NCBI GenBank assembly: GCA_977017575.1 | Contig: CDRNVI010000184.1 | Span: forward strand, 1 to 64,000 | Source: Paramoeba atlantica | Lineage: Eukaryota; Protista; Discosea | Length of the DNA: 64,000 nt | Reading direction: 5' to 3' | In this document: piece by piece, positions 34,361 to 47,823 of the stretch | Layout: the number at the start of each line of letters is the position of its first letter | How positions within the stretch are numbered: position 1 is the first letter of the stretch | Notes under the pieces: generated by a model | Databases searched by the model: none | What the model was told of the DNA's origin: nothing | What the model saw: the letters and a program-made list of their open reading frames with translations, nothing else | Program-made: the position numbers and the translations under genes

Positions 34361-36352
34361 ATCTTCCCTCCCTCCCCCCTTTCTTCCCCCCTCTTTTCCA
34401 TCCTAGAGATGGTTTTTTTAACTCTAATAAATGGCACCTGGTGTCTGAACCTTAAAAAAAAAACATCCAAAAAAGAAGAAAATGTACTCAGGGACAAAAA
34501 AAAGAAGAAAGAAAAAGAGGGAAAAGAGGGAAAAGAGGGAAAAGAGGGAAAAGAAAAGAGGAAAAGACAGGAGAAAAAAAGAAGATAGAGGTTTTCGGAC
34601 CCGAAATAGGGGTTCATCATTTGGCCGCTGTTTTTTGGTTCCTCTTTCTTCTCTCAGTCCTTTTTTTTTCTCTCTTTTTTTTTTTTCTCTCCAAAAAAGA
34701 AGAAATGTTCTTCAGGGACCTTTTGTTCAAAAAACAAAATCGCCAACTCTCTCTCTCTCTCTCTTTTGTGTGGGGTACAAAGAATTCAGCAAAATCTTCA
34801 AAAATCGTGGGGTGTTTGTTTTTTTCTTATATTTCTCTAATTTTCTTCTTCTTACTTTCTTTCTTTTCTTTTCTTATTTCTTTTCTTTCTTTTTTAGATT
34901 GTGGTGAGAGACTAAATCGAGAGTTGTTTTTGACCTTTGGTTATGCTCTTTGATTCAGAACAAAAGAATCTTTGTTGATGGATCACTATTACATTGGTGA
35001 GAGATATTGGTGAATCTTGTTGTGTGTTGCTTTTTTCATTGAACATGAGAAAAAAGAAGAACTTTTTTTGATGGTGGTTTTGCGCACACAATGTTAACAT
35101 TCTTTTCTTTTGTGGCCAATTTATCATTGTGTTTGCTGTGTTTTTTTTTTTTCTTTTCCCCTTGTTTCATTTTTGTTGTTTTTTGAGTGGGTTTTCTTTT
35201 CTCTTTCCCTCTTTCCCTCTTTCTTTTTCCTTTTCTTTTTTTCTTTCTATTGATAAACTCTTTTCAGGGGAAATGTGGAAAAGACCATTCAAGATTTCTT
35301 TTTTTCTCTTTACTCTTTTTTATTCTTTTATTCTTTTCTTTCTACTTTTCTTTTTCTTCTTTTTCTTTTTCTCCCTTTTGATGGTGTTCTTCAAAAATTG
35401 TGAATACTAATTTTTTTTTCTTTTCTTTCTCTAACCTCTCGAGATGGTCCCTGATGAGATATTAAAATAATCTGGCTGCATGTTCAGAGACCTCCGTTTT
35501 GTTTCGTGCTCCACTCCATTGCGGAAAGAAGAGAAAGAAGGGGGTTAAGTTTGGCAAGAAATTTGGAGAATATGACTATTTTTTGACTTCTTTTAACCTC
35601 CTTCTTCTTGGCGATGATGAATTAATTAATATATTAAGAGGTACCGTGAATTTTGCTTGAACTCAGAAGTGGAGTCTATTCCCACCCAACAATTCACAAG
35701 GAGAGGGAGTTTGCCACTCTTGTTACATCACCACAGGTTTCTTTTTTTCCCCTCTTTATTTTGTTATTTTGTTGTTTTGGTGTTTTTGTCAAGTAGTTTA
35801 ATTGTTTGTTTTTGTGTTTTTGTATTTTGTTTTTATTTTGTTTTCTTCTTCACTTACAAACCTTCTTCTTAGAGTTTTGAGTTGTAAACTTTTGGTGTTT
35901 CGTTTCTTCACTGTGTAGTGTTCAGGTTTTATTTTGGTATAAATGTGATTGTTTTGATTGTTGTTGCTATTGTTATTGCTGGATGTTATTGATTGTTTCA
36001 AAAGAGCCAAGAGAAGTGTTTTTTGAGAGCTTGTTGTTGGTTGTCAGTCGGTTGTTGGGTTGTTGGTTGGTTGTTCAGGACAATTCAAGCCAATCCAGAC
36101 AAGACAACCCAAAAGAGAACCCAAGAATATGGTGGTATCCTAGAAACTAGAGTTTGTTTGCCAGAAAGAAAAGTGTTAATAGAGGTTGGTTTTCTTTTTC
36201 TTTTTTCTTTTCCCTTTATTTCTTTGATATTTTAGTATCATGTTTTTTTCTCTTTTCCCCTTCTTTTTCTCTTTCTCTCTCTTTTTCTCTTGTTTTTGTT
36301 TTTTGTTTTTTCTTTCATTCCCTTTTTTCTCTTTTTTTCATCATGCAATATA

Positions 36353-36610
36353 CACTATGGGGAAAACGCCCCAAAGATGTTTCAAATAGCCCTTGGTGTC
36401 GACAGCCCCTATTCTTTGGACAATTTATTTGATTTCTGAAACCTGTGATTTTGCTCTCTTCTTTCCGTTTGAATTTTTTCAAACTGAACTGGATTTTTCT
36501 TTCAAAAATGGAGGAAAACGGGTTTTCCTCCCAAATCAAATAAATTGTCCAAAGAATAGGGGCTGTCGACACCATATTTGAAACATCTTTGGGGCGTTTT
36601 CCCTGTAGTG
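36353..36610. mobile_element. CACTA-like MITE (~258 bp) with ~75-bp TIRs
   Basis: Begins cactatggggaaaacgccccaaagatgtttcaaat and ends ...tttggggcgttttccctgtagtg. The arms share gtcgacagcccctattctttggacaatttatttgattt in inverted orientation. Confidence 0.75.
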
Positions 36611-36611
36611 C

Positions 36612-37000
36612 AAGAATTTTTTTTAAAGTGGACGCTTATTTTCCAGGGCCCCTTTGAATGGTCCCTCTCTTTGGTTAGTTTTTCGAAGAATGAAGTTTCG
36701 AAATCATTTTTTTTCAAAAAATCAAGTCTTGAAAATTTTTTTTCAAAGAATCAAGTCTCGAAAACATTTTTTTTCAAAGAATTATGTTTCGAAACCATTT
36801 TTTTTCGAAGAATCATGTTTCAAAATCATTTTTTTCCAAGAATCACCTTTCGAAACATGATTCTTTGAAAAAAAATGGTTTCGAAACATAATCCTTTGAA
36901 AAAAAATGTTTTCGAGACTTCATTCTTCGAAAAACTAACCAAAGAGAGGGATCATTCAAAGGGGCCCTGGAAAATAAGTGTCCACTTTTAAAAAATTCTT
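36612..37000. mobile_element. Foldback/MITE-like palindrome (~389 bp) with internal ~31-bp subrepeats
   Basis: aagaattttttttaaagtggacgcttattttccagggcccctttgaatg... is mirrored by ...cattcaaaggggccctggaaaataagtgtccacttttaaaaaattctt; internal repeats tttcgaaa.catttttttt.caaagaatc. Confidence 0.85.
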
Positions 37001-37251
37001 TCAATTTATTTATGTATTGCCATTATTGGGTTAATGCTTTGTCATTTTTACAACAGACCCCGAAAAAAACACTTTCCCTCCCCAAAAAACAAAAATGCAA
37101 GTGGAACCACGATTTCTTTTGGTTTTCCCTTTTTGCTGGAATTCTGGAGGTTTGCCTTAAAGAGTCTCAATTGGTTTTGATTTTGTGGTTTTCTTCTTTG
37201 TTGATTTCTTCTCATTTTTTTCACTTCTTAAAAAAGAAAAAAGGAAAGGAA

Positions 37252-37288
37252 AGTATGTCATACCCAGTTGAAAGCATCCCAATCCCAG
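37252..37288 (+). pseudogene. 5' fragment of 5S rRNA
   Basis: gtcatacccagttgaaagcatcccaatccca matches 5S positions ~8-38 (3525-3555) and has a similar upstream flank (ggaaagt); similarity then stops. Confidence 0.75.
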
Positions 37289-37364
37289 TACCAAAAAAAC
37301 ATTCTCTTTTTTCTTTTTGAAGGAGACATCAATGGTCTAATTTGGTTTCTTAGTTTGAGTAAAA

Positions 37365-37414
37365 TTCATATTCTCTGGGTACAAATTTTCAAATTAGTAC
37401 CCAGAGAGAATGAT
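37365..37414. repeat. ~50-bp hairpin family member
   Basis: ttcatattctctgggtac-aaattttcaaatta-gtacccagagagaatga. Confidence 0.8.
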
Positions 37415-37542
37415 AAAATACCAACAAAAAAATACCAATGAAATGTGAGGCAAACAACAAAGAAAAACTAAAAAAACAGCAACTTTTTGCACACTTTTAG
37501 TGAACTAAATTTTTATTAGGGGTTATTTCCTCTTTCTTTTTT

Positions 37543-38012
37543 CTCACTTCATTGTAGATTGTGCCAATGCATGTTCCAAAACTTTCATCATAATCAACAG
37601 ATGCAACTGAACCACCCTGAAGTTAACAAGAAATTCCACCTTCTCCAATCTTTCCAACAATTCCATTTGTAGTAAAAAAAACAACCATCTTTTCTTTTGA
37701 TTTTAGCTCTTGTATGGTGCCCACATCACAAATACTAATTTACTCCTTTCACGTGTGATCAGAAGGAGAGATGTATTTTTGATGTGAGTCAATTCATATG
37801 CACATTTGTCTCTTGGGAGATGAGTTGTGAATTCAGTCCATTTTCTGTTCATCCATCCACCACATCCCCACTTTTTGATAAATCATAATAATTCAGTTCG
37901 ACATTTTCCATGTCATTGATCAAGAAGATACACCCCTTTTGACTTCCCAGATTTGACAGACCGAGCAATAGAGAGGATACATTCATCAGAAAATTGAACC
38001 ACAGAAGCCATA
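37543..38012 (-). pseudogene. ADF/cofilin pseudogene, paralog of 5906-6358
   Basis: Colinear reverse-complement match over the whole CDS and 5' flank, with about nine small insertions and loss of about ten CpGs. Confidence 0.92.
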
Positions 38013-38689
38013 GTAGTAGTTGTATTTATCGATCAATCATACAAGAAGGGATTACTTTGTTTTGTTTTGGTTTGGTTGTTTTTGATTGTTTTTGATTGGT
38101 TTTTATTTTTTGTGTTTTTTGTGTTTTGTTTTGAGTTTTTTTGTGTGTGTGTGTGTGTGTTGGGTCAAGTCAAGGAGGGGGATGAAGAAACCTGTGTTTT
38201 TTGGAAAAAGTTGGCTCAGTTCAGTGAAGTGTCTATTGGTGCGTTGGGGCAAAGCCAAATAATAATAATCCAATTGCATTGAGGATCGCTCAAAATTGCT
38301 GCCTGAGAATCACTCAACTTGATCCTCTTCTTTTTCATCACACACGAATTTGCTCAGAATCCAGAACAACAAGATGCGCATCCCAAGTTTTACACATATT
38401 TGAGACACAGAAAGGAGATTCATCTTGCATTGAGTGTTTCTCATTTTTCGAAGACAACTCTCCACAACCAACCCCTCACTTCGAAAAAAAAACCAAACCC
38501 GCCCAAACCAAACCCCAATCAATGCTTTCACTGAACAAAAAAAAAGTCAAAAAAAAAAGGAAAATTTTGTGGGAATTGAACCACCCCTCCCCAAAACCAC
38601 CCTTCTTTTTTTCCAGTCTAAGTTTTGTTTTTTGTGGTGGTGTCTTTTCGGTGATTTTGTTTTTTGTTTGTTTGTGGGATTGTTTTGTT

Positions 38690-39085
38690 CAAGCTCAAAG
38701 ATTTTCAAAGCCTCTGAAGGAACATCCAGGATGTGTATGGAACTTTTGACTGTAGTTCTCAAGTGTTCTATCTCAATGATGAGTGTGATGTGTTGTCTTT
38801 GTGAAACGTGACCAAGACTTGGAGAAGATGCTTTATTTCTCCTCCCAAAAAAGAGCAAACAAGATGGTGACAGCAGTGAAGAGTCATCAGGAGATCGAAA
38901 ATCGAGTGGATGATGATGAAGAGAAAGTGGGTGATGAGAAGAATACTGATGATGTTGATTCAGTTTCTGAGAACTCCAAGAAAAGCCTCAAAGGAACAAC
39001 AGAAGAAGAGAGAGAAGAAGATTGAAATGCTCAGGAAGAGTGTGATGAGAAACTGGCAGATCATATTGATGTTCTTGAGAGTAAC
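38690..39085 (+). pseudogene. PB1/coiled-coil gene, copy 3 (fragment); a smaller copy-4 fragment lies at ~40970-41045
   Basis: gttctatctcaatgatgagtgtgatg...gagtcatcaggagatcgaaaatcgagtggatgat aligns to copy 1 with frameshifts. Its intergenic link to the cofilin pseudogene mirrors 5300-5900. Confidence 0.8.
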
Positions 39086-40684
39086 ACACAACCTCCCCCC
39101 CTCCCCTGCACACACCACAAAAGTCTCTATCTTTTTGTTGGTTCTTTTTCTTTTTTTCTTTTTCTTCTTTTCTTTTTCTCTTTCTCTTTTTCTTTTTTTT
39201 CTTTTTCTTTTTCTTTTCTTTTTTCTTTTTTCTTTTTTTTTCTCCTTTTTTTTCTCCTTTTTTTTCTCCCTCTTTTCTTTTTCTCTTTTTCTTTTTCTTT
39301 CTTTTTTCTCCTTTTCCTCTTTCTTTTTTCTTTTTTTTTCTCTTTTCTTTTTCTTTCTTTTCATTTTCTTTTTTTTTTTTCTTTTTCTGTTAGTTAGGTA
39401 ACAATTTTTGAGTTTTATGAACAAATTAAAAGTTTTTTTGATTTGTTCAAACAACTCTTTTTCTTCTTATGATACAATTCTTGCTGAGAGACTTGAGACC
39501 ACACATCCAAGGTTCTTTTTTCCCTTGCTTGATTTGCTTTCAATCAGAGGTTTTTCCTTCTCTTCCTCTTGTTTCTTTCTTATCTTTCTCCTTTTTCTCC
39601 CTTTTTTACTTTCCCTTTTTCTTTTTTATCTCTTTTGTTTTCCCCCCTCTTTTCCTCCTTTCTCTTTTTCCTCTTCCTTCCTTCCCTCCTTTTTTTCCCC
39701 TTTGTTTTTTTTAAAATTCATTGACTTTCCTTTTGAATGAAGGGAGCTTCTTTATTTTGTGTTTTGTTGTTCCTGGAGTATTGTGCATTGTTTGTGGGGG
39801 GGGAATTGTTGTTTGTTGTTTTGTTGTTTGTTATTTGTTATTTGTTGGCAGTTGTTTATAGGTGGTTGTTTCTTGGGTGGATATTTGGGTTATGGTTATT
39901 TGGTTTTGTTGAATACCTGTGGTGGAGGGAGGGGTTTTGGTGTTTTGTTGTGATGATGATGTTTTTTTTTGTTTTTTGTTTTTTTTAATCAAAAAAACTA
40001 ACTTTTTTTCTTTTCTTTTCTTTTAAAAGGGATAATTGCTTTCCTCTTTGTATAATGTCTCCACTTTGTACTTGGCTTTTAATAATTTATTTGTGATTAA
40101 CATTCAAGATCAAGAAAGGCAAAACAAATTGAAAAGATTGTAAAGAGTGTTATAAACAAGTTAAAAAGTTCTTTTGATTTGTTCAAACAACCCTTTTCTC
40201 TTTGATGTTATAAGAGGATTAAACCTGGTGGACCCTTGAGAATTTCAATTATTTCTTCAATTATTTTATGACTCACCCCAGTTCAATGTTGGGAACCTTT
40301 GATTTGGCATTCCTTTGTCTTTTGAGAAAGAAGAGCTTTGAGAGAAATGGGACCTGACTGAAATGGTTAAGCTGTGAGACTATCAGCTTACTAGGGTTCT
40401 TTTTTCTTTTTTCTTTATCATTAGATTTTTTTTTGTTTGTTTCCATTTTATTTCCCCTATTTCCTTTATCTTACTCTTCTGATCTTTTCTTTTTGCCTCC
40501 TTTTTCTCATTTTTTTTGACCAGAGAACTCATCTCTTTTGATCTTTTTTTTTGTTGAAACAATCAACTTATTGGATAACCATAAAAAGAACTTTCATTCT
40601 TGAATGGATGAAGAAGTGTTATTTTGGTTCTTTCCCTATCAGTGGTGATCCAAGCAATGCTCAAATGACCTCAAGGAAGAAAAC

Positions 40685-40733
40685 TTATACTCTTTGGGTA
40701 TGAATTTTCAAATTAGCACCCAGAGAGTATGAA
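40685..40733. repeat. ~50-bp hairpin family member
   Basis: ttatactctttgggta-tgaattttcaaatta-gcacccagagagtatgaa. Confidence 0.8.
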
Positions 40734-42249
40734 AATCCTAGGTTCATTTTGGTAACCCTGGTGACTTTGGTTTGTTATTTTTCAAATAATGTCTTCTATT
40801 TTTGTCTTCTCTTCTTTGGAGGAGGATTGAAAGACTTCTTTTTCGAACCTAGGAGAGTAAGGAGAAGGGCAAGAACCATCTATTTACCTGACGGGTTCAA
40901 TTCCCACATATTGAATTTTTTCATTTTTCTTCATCTTTTTGTTCCAATTTTCTTCAATCCCTTCTGTTTGAGTGTTTTTTTTTGTCTTGATGATGAGTGT
41001 GATAGTGTCTTTGTGAAACATGACCAAGACTTGGGAGATGCAAAAAGGATTGAAAGGAAACAAAAAAAACAAAAAAAACAAAGGGTAAAAAAAATTGTGA
41101 AACCCCAAAATCTTTTTTTTGTGGCTAAAAAAAGAGTGTTGCACCTTCCCCACTCTAGTTTTCTGTTTTTGTTCTTGCCATCATCTCTTTTCTTTTTTCC
41201 TTACTTCTCTTTTTTTCTCCCTTCTTTTCTCCCTTTTTTTTCTTCCCTTTTTTTTCTCTCTTTTTGTTTCTTTTCCTTTCTCTTTTTTCTTTTCTCTTTT
41301 TTTCTCTTCTTTCATAGGTCACTATGATCATGATTGGGTTAAATATGTTGCTTCAAGTTGTGGTTTCTTTTTCTTTCTTTTTTTTCTTTCTTTTTCTTTC
41401 TTTTTTTTCTTTCTTTTTTTTTCTTTCTTTTTTTGTTTTCTTTCTTTTTTTCTTTTTTTCTTTTTCCTTTTCCTGTTTTTTTGTGCTTTCTTTTTCTTAT
41501 TTCTTCTTTTCTTTGATGGATTACTTCTCTTTTTTGTTACCAGAGAGCCAGAGGGTTGATGGAGAATCTGAGAGTTAAGTTTTTTTTGTTTTCTTGAATG
41601 AAATTCAAAAAAAAAGATATCCCCCTCCAAAAGGGAACAAGAGTGAGGTGAGGGATTGAATAATTACTGATGTGAGTTTTTTGGACTGTTTTTTCTTGCT
41701 TGTGTTTGTTGGAACTTGTGTGACCTATTTTTTTTTTTCTTCAAAAAAGGTTTTTTTTGTTATGTTTGCTTTTATTATTATTTGGTTTTCTTTTGTTGGT
41801 TGGTTGAGATGTTGTTGGGAGAGTTGTTTAAAAGTTTGGATCCTCAACTTATCTTTGAGAGAGAATTACTGTTTGGGTTATTTTTATGGATTGTTGTTTC
41901 TTTCTTTATTCTAGGTTTTTTGGTTGTGTCACATATATTATTTAAAACTGTTTGGAATGATTTCACCCTGAAAGTGTTTGTTGGCAAAGAGTCTGTTGTG
42001 AATGTTGCTGTTGTTGTTTTGTTTGATTCTCCCCAATAGTGTACTTTGTTTGGAATATTGTTGTTGTTATTTTGTTATTTTATTATTGTTGTTATTTATT
42101 GTTGTTATGATTATTTTTTTCTCAGCCTGGCTCACTCTTTTGTCGATATTATTTTTTATTTTTATATATCCATTTCCATTTCCTTTTTTCTTTTTGTTTT
42201 TATGTGACATCTTGTTTTTTTTTTGTTGTGAAGCTTTCTTGGATGAAGC

Positions 42250-45200
42250 AATCCTTTGTAGATTTTGTTTTATTTCTGAGGTTTCAAAGAAGCACAGTTG
42301 AGAAACTGGGAAATCAACAAGTGAGAGAGTAGAGAGGAGAAAACACAGTGACAGGATGTTGACAACAATGAACTGCAATCAGTTGAACTGAATTTAACAA
42401 GGATTCAAATAAAGGTGTTATATATATTTATAATATTTCATATTTGGATATTTAATTATTTACACCCCCCCCTTGCAAGCAGAGTTTTGAGCGCAGCTTT
42501 GTCAGTTCTGAACAAAATTCAAAGTTCTTACAGGGAAAATCCACCCATTATTGATCAGTCTGCCCACCAATAACCTTTTTGAGGCTTCTTTGCCTTGAGG
42601 TAATCTTTCAACTCTTTTGTACCTCCCAGGTGTTCTTTCTCCCACCACTTATGTCATTTTCTTCCAGTAGGTGGTTGGATTTCCATACAATATTGTTGAT
42701 AACCATCAAATTCTCTTTCTGAGATAATTCTATATCTCAGACTTCTTCATCCATCTCCTGGTGGGAGTTCTTTCTCCTTTATCAGGTTTTGTTCCTTTTC
42801 AATCTCAACCCTTTCATATTAATTCACTTCCATGAACAGGTTGTGGAAGAATCCATCTTGTTTTGAGATTCCTTAATCGATATATTTGAGCTGAAACAAC
42901 CTCAGTTATCATATGGACATCACCTTGTGTCCTTGGATTGAATTTTTGGTTAAATTTCTTCCTTTTTTCATGATTTAGAAGAAGGACTCAGTCTCCAACC
43001 GATAGAATTTGAGTTCTTTGATGAGCATTATAGTCATCAACTCTTTGTTCCTTGGAATCTCTTCATTTTTCATTTACCAGTTGAAAGATTTCTAACATCT
43101 TATTCCTCACATTAGCCACATATTCATCTGAAGTAACCAATTTTGGGTTTGATGTTCCCAGTGTAACATTGATTGGATATGTTGGTATTCGACTAAATTG
43201 TAACATGAAAGGTTTTTGTTTTGTTACAGAATGAACTTGGGTATTGTAAGCAAATTCCACCAATTGGAAGGAGCAAATCCCACAGTCCCTTTGATATTTC
43301 TGGACATAAAGCCCTCATCATGTTTTTAACAGGTGAATGAATTGTTTCCACTTTGCCATTTCCTTTGTGGTTATAGAGGGAGACCTTTGCATGGTGTGTT
43401 CCTCAGATTTGTGTCAATTCCACAAAGAGTTCTTTCTGGGCCCCTCCATCAGTCACTATTTCCGGTGGCATTGAATGGATTGTAACATATTTCAAGAGGC
43501 ATTGTGCCATCTCTTTTGTGATGACAGCTTTCAGTGGAAATAATGAAAAGTACCCTGTGAAGGCATCCACAATTGATAAGATATGGGTATATGTATTATT
43601 GAGACAATAATGTCACCTTGTTTCCAATAATTTCTGAATGTCTTTACAAAACTCAGGTATTCTCTAATTAAGATCAAATTTCTCATTCTTTGACAAAATT
43701 GATCCTTCATATTGCTCCAGTATTGTTCTTGGTCCTTTATGATCCATTGTTTTTCTGAATCATTCTGATTCTCAGATCCAGTGTGGCCAGCACCAGTATC
43801 TGACAGTTTTGCTCCTTCTGGCTCCTTATTTATAAGAGGTTGTATTTCAGGCACTGTATGAACTCTGGTAGGTTCACCTGGTTGTGTACTTGACCTAAAT
43901 TCATCCTCACTTCCAGAGTCAGAAATGTCATTACACTCAGTCTTGCTGGGAATTGTCTGAAGCTAACCCATCACACTGCCCAGTGTCTTACATGAAGCTG
44001 ACCCAACAGCTATCCCAGATAGTCATCCTTGAGAGAGTCCCCTGCTCCTTCCTTGAGCAGATTGGCCACCAAGCTGACCCATGCTTTCTGTGCACTGACC
44101 CATTTTAGCCAATAACTCCTTTCCATCTCTGGTGGACTCATCTACCCTATGACAGGTTTTTGAGAGAGAACAGAGCTTCAATATTGCCATTTTTTGTTTG
44201 TTAAAATGTTGTTTTGTTTTCCACATTTTTAACTCCCAGTCTCTCCAGGACTTCTTAATTGGAGTTTGAGCATCTTCCTCTTGATAGGATACATGATGTG
44301 CTCAACTGAGTGTATCAGGAATAACCAGTGTTTTCCCAGGTTGGTGTAGAATTTGACTTGCAACTGCTGCTATTTCCAGCAGCCACCCACAGATAAGTTT
44401 GCTTCTTGTTTGCTTACTGTGGAGTTGCACAGTTTGACTGTTGACTCTGGTGCTCACTAAAAATCACTACATCTCTTCCCATAATGAATTCCTTAAACTT
44501 GTTAATTGCCCAGTAAGCCTCATAACATTCTTGTTCAGAATTTGTATATTTTTATTGTGTTTTGGCAAAGCCAGACTTGTGAAAGCGACTATTTTGTGCT
44601 TTTTTGGTATTTCTGACCTTTTTGGTGCTGGTTTATCAAGAGGATCATCAGGGTGTTGTATCAGTATTGAATCATAACCATTTTTTGATGTGTCCACATG
44701 AATATAGAATGTTTTTCTGAAATTTGGCATTGGTATTCTTGCAATTGTTTCCTTCATTTCCTGAAATTCATTATCTGCCTTCTTAACCCATTCAAATAAT
44801 GGTTGTAGCAATAATTCTCGAAGGTGATATGTTTTTTGAGAACAATTGTGGATGAATCTCCTACACCAACTAACCAATCCTAAGAGTGATTGTAATTCCT
44901 TTTGATTGGTTGGTTGTGGAAAATGTTTTATGGCCTTGACTTTCTTGTCATTAGCCAAAATTCCATCCTTTGTTGCTGTATATCCAAGTAATGTGAAAGA
45001 TCTTTCACCACTTTACTCAGGTTAATTTGCAACTTATTTTCCTTTAATCTATCCAGCACTTTCTCTACTAGTGATTGAATATGTTTCTCAAAGGTTTTTG
45101 AGAAGATAACTATGTCATCAACATAATTAATACAGATATATATCATTGCAAGCCAGCAAGTATTGTATCTATAAAATGTTGCTGTGTTGCCAGAGCATTT

Positions 45201-47690
45201 GTTAATCCAAATGGCATTGAATTCCATTCCCACAGCCTGAATTGTGAACAAAAGCCATTTTTCCCTTGTCTTCCTCTTGGATTGGGATTGACTAAAATGC
45301 TGCAGTCATATCCAATGTTGAAAAGAATGAAGATTCACCCAGGTATGACAACACATCATTAATTTTTTTGGTATTAGATAACTCCATTTCTTAGTCCTTT
45401 CATTTAATTCTCTGTAATCCATACAGAATCAGACTTTTTCATTTGCTTTTTTGCCACTAACATGGTGAATTTGATGATTGGATGACTCTTCTCTTGGCCA
45501 TTTCTTGGATTTGATTCTCTTCAATTGTCCTTTTGACTGTCTCCTTTGTATAATAAGCTCATCTAAAAGGCTTTTGAGTTTCATCTTTAAGTTCAATTTT
45601 GAACTCTGTTGCATCTGTATGCATGATTGGAGCATTGCTAAGTATGTCCCACATTTCTTTGTATTTTTCAAAGAGTTTACAGAGTTGAATCATTTGATCA
45701 AGATTGAGATCACTAAGAGTGAGGTCAGTTTTCTTTGTGAACTCCTCATATTCCTCTGGAATCATCTTTTCATCTTCTTCCAGATTTTTCTGACCATCTC
45801 TCAACAGGATATTTGCTAAAGAACATTGATGCTATTTCTTCTGAGAATCCCCAACCTCCTTGATTGCACATGTGTTTTGCCATTCCATGGCAGTCCTCTT
45901 GAGGCTGTAGTTCTGGAGTGACCAATTTATCTTTATACATTCTTTCATCTGACTTCTTTTGGTGAAGTTTTACTGGTCTTTTATCAAGAGGTTTTGCAAT
46001 GGTTTGTTCTGCATTCTTTTCTGTAACATTAATGTGTTTTACAACATGTAGACCCTTTTTCAAGTGAGAATGAGGTATTTCCAACATTCATAATCTCAAT
46101 TCAAGTAGTGTAGATATATTGTCTCACATAATCAAATCTCAGTTGTAGAGCTTTTTTTTTCTGTTTGACCTCAACTGCTAAAATTGATCTAGGATCCAAT
46201 CTTGTTTGTGTAGTTATTTTTAATTCTCCAATCTCTCTGGGATTGGGAAGGAGTGAACTTCTTCAGTTGGCATTATTGATGATTTGTCAGCTAAGGAAAT
46301 GTAATTTCCTTTGTAATGGTCTCTAAAGTTTGGGAATTGCTTTATTCAGGAATGTTCTTGCCACAACATCTATCCTGCAAGCCCTAGAATCACAAAGTGC
46401 TTGTGTAGTAAATATCATTGACCATGCAAGGTATGTTGAACAGTTTATTATTTATTTGGTATATTTTAGGATTCAAGTCTCTTACTAGGTTGCCAATATG
46501 GATTGTGAAGCCATTTTCACTCATCTTGACCACCATCTTGTCTTGTTGCCAAGTATTTTGAGTAAATTCCTTTTTACTTTTAAAAGAATTGACAAACCAT
46601 TTGCTTTTTCTTTAAGTTCTTCAAGAGTTAATATCCCACATCCAAGGAGTTCACAAGTAAAGTATTTTCCAACTGAAATCCCCACATCCTCTCTTTCTTG
46701 GAACTCTTTTGTTCCAATTAACAAGACTCATATGTTTATATTTCTTTGCTGCAGCATCACCATATCTATCCACAGTGCTCATCCAGGGATGAAAGAAAAC
46801 AGGTTATTGGTTCACTCCTCTTCAATTTTTCTTTGGTTCTTTAATACTCATCTGTTCCCCCCCTAACAGACACTTTATTTAGACCTTGGAAGATTGGATT
46901 TTTGAATTCTCACATTGCTTCCTTCACATAGATTTCCTGAAAGGGAGTTTCTCTTATCTTCAAGAACAGGTGCAAATATTCTGTAGTTACCACCTGAAAT
47001 TCTTGATTAGTAACTTTTTTATCAGGTACTCAAAAAAGATCAAACTTCTGCTGTTCCATAAGGACAACTTTCTCACCAAAGAATCTATTAAGGGTACACA
47101 ACAAATTCAAAGGTAATCCATCCAACTTTTGGCCTAATGACTTTCAATTGCCCTTGCAAACTTGATTTGTTTTCTGAACTCAAGTATGTTTGGTCAAATA
47201 TCTTGTTTAATACTCTTTTTTTAGATGCAAAATTGAGAAGCTTGGACTGGGTTTTGGAAATTCACATCTTTAATTACCAATTTCCAATGTTGTTTCTAAG
47301 ATTTGTAATTTGGTTCTTTCATCTTTAAAAACTCCTTCTTTATTCACACCAACTCTTCATTTTGCACAACCAGGAAATGAATTGCCTTCACCAATTGTTC
47401 TGCTTGGAGTTTCCTCTAAGCAATTTCTCAAGATCAAATGCTTCTTCTATTGGTTATTCAAATTGAAGCATTACCAAGGTAGATTTTATTTTACTTCTAA
47501 GGTTTCAATAGTTTAAAGAAGTACAATTGAAAACTGGGAAAATCAAGAAGTGGAAAAGTGAAGAAAAGAAAATGTAGTAATAAGAATATTAATGATAATG
47601 AACTTTAATCAATTGAATTGAATTCAACAAGAATTTAAATAAAGATGTTATATATATTTATAATATTTCATATTTGAATATTTTTTTAAA
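42250..47690 (-). mobile_element. Near full-length decayed Ty3/gypsy LTR retrotransposon (~5.4 kb)
   Basis: RT: VRFCMDYRELN...STLDMTAAF...MPFGLTNA...YVDDIVIFS. RNase H: FYIHVDTSKNGY. Integrase: GHTG..., VEFAYNTQVHSVTKQKPF. Polypurine tract AAGGGGGGG followed by TGT at ~42463-42475 on the minus strand. LTR-like direct repeats at ~42250-42465 and ~47465-47690. Confidence 0.9.
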
Positions 47691-47823
47691 CTTAATTAAG
47701 ATTTAAAGTTTGAATAAAAAACTCTTTTATATGATAAAATAATATTTTGAAAAGTTTTTAATTTAAAAAGTAGTGAAAAAGATATTAGTTTTAGATTTTA
47801 TTTTGAAGAAGAAATATAAAAGA

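Noticed and set aside
1-42300. Many poly-Phe/Ser/Leu and poly-Lys/Arg/Glu ORFs in the ORF track
   Set aside because: They are translations of (T/C)n or (A/G)n intron and spacer tracts that lack stop codons by composition.
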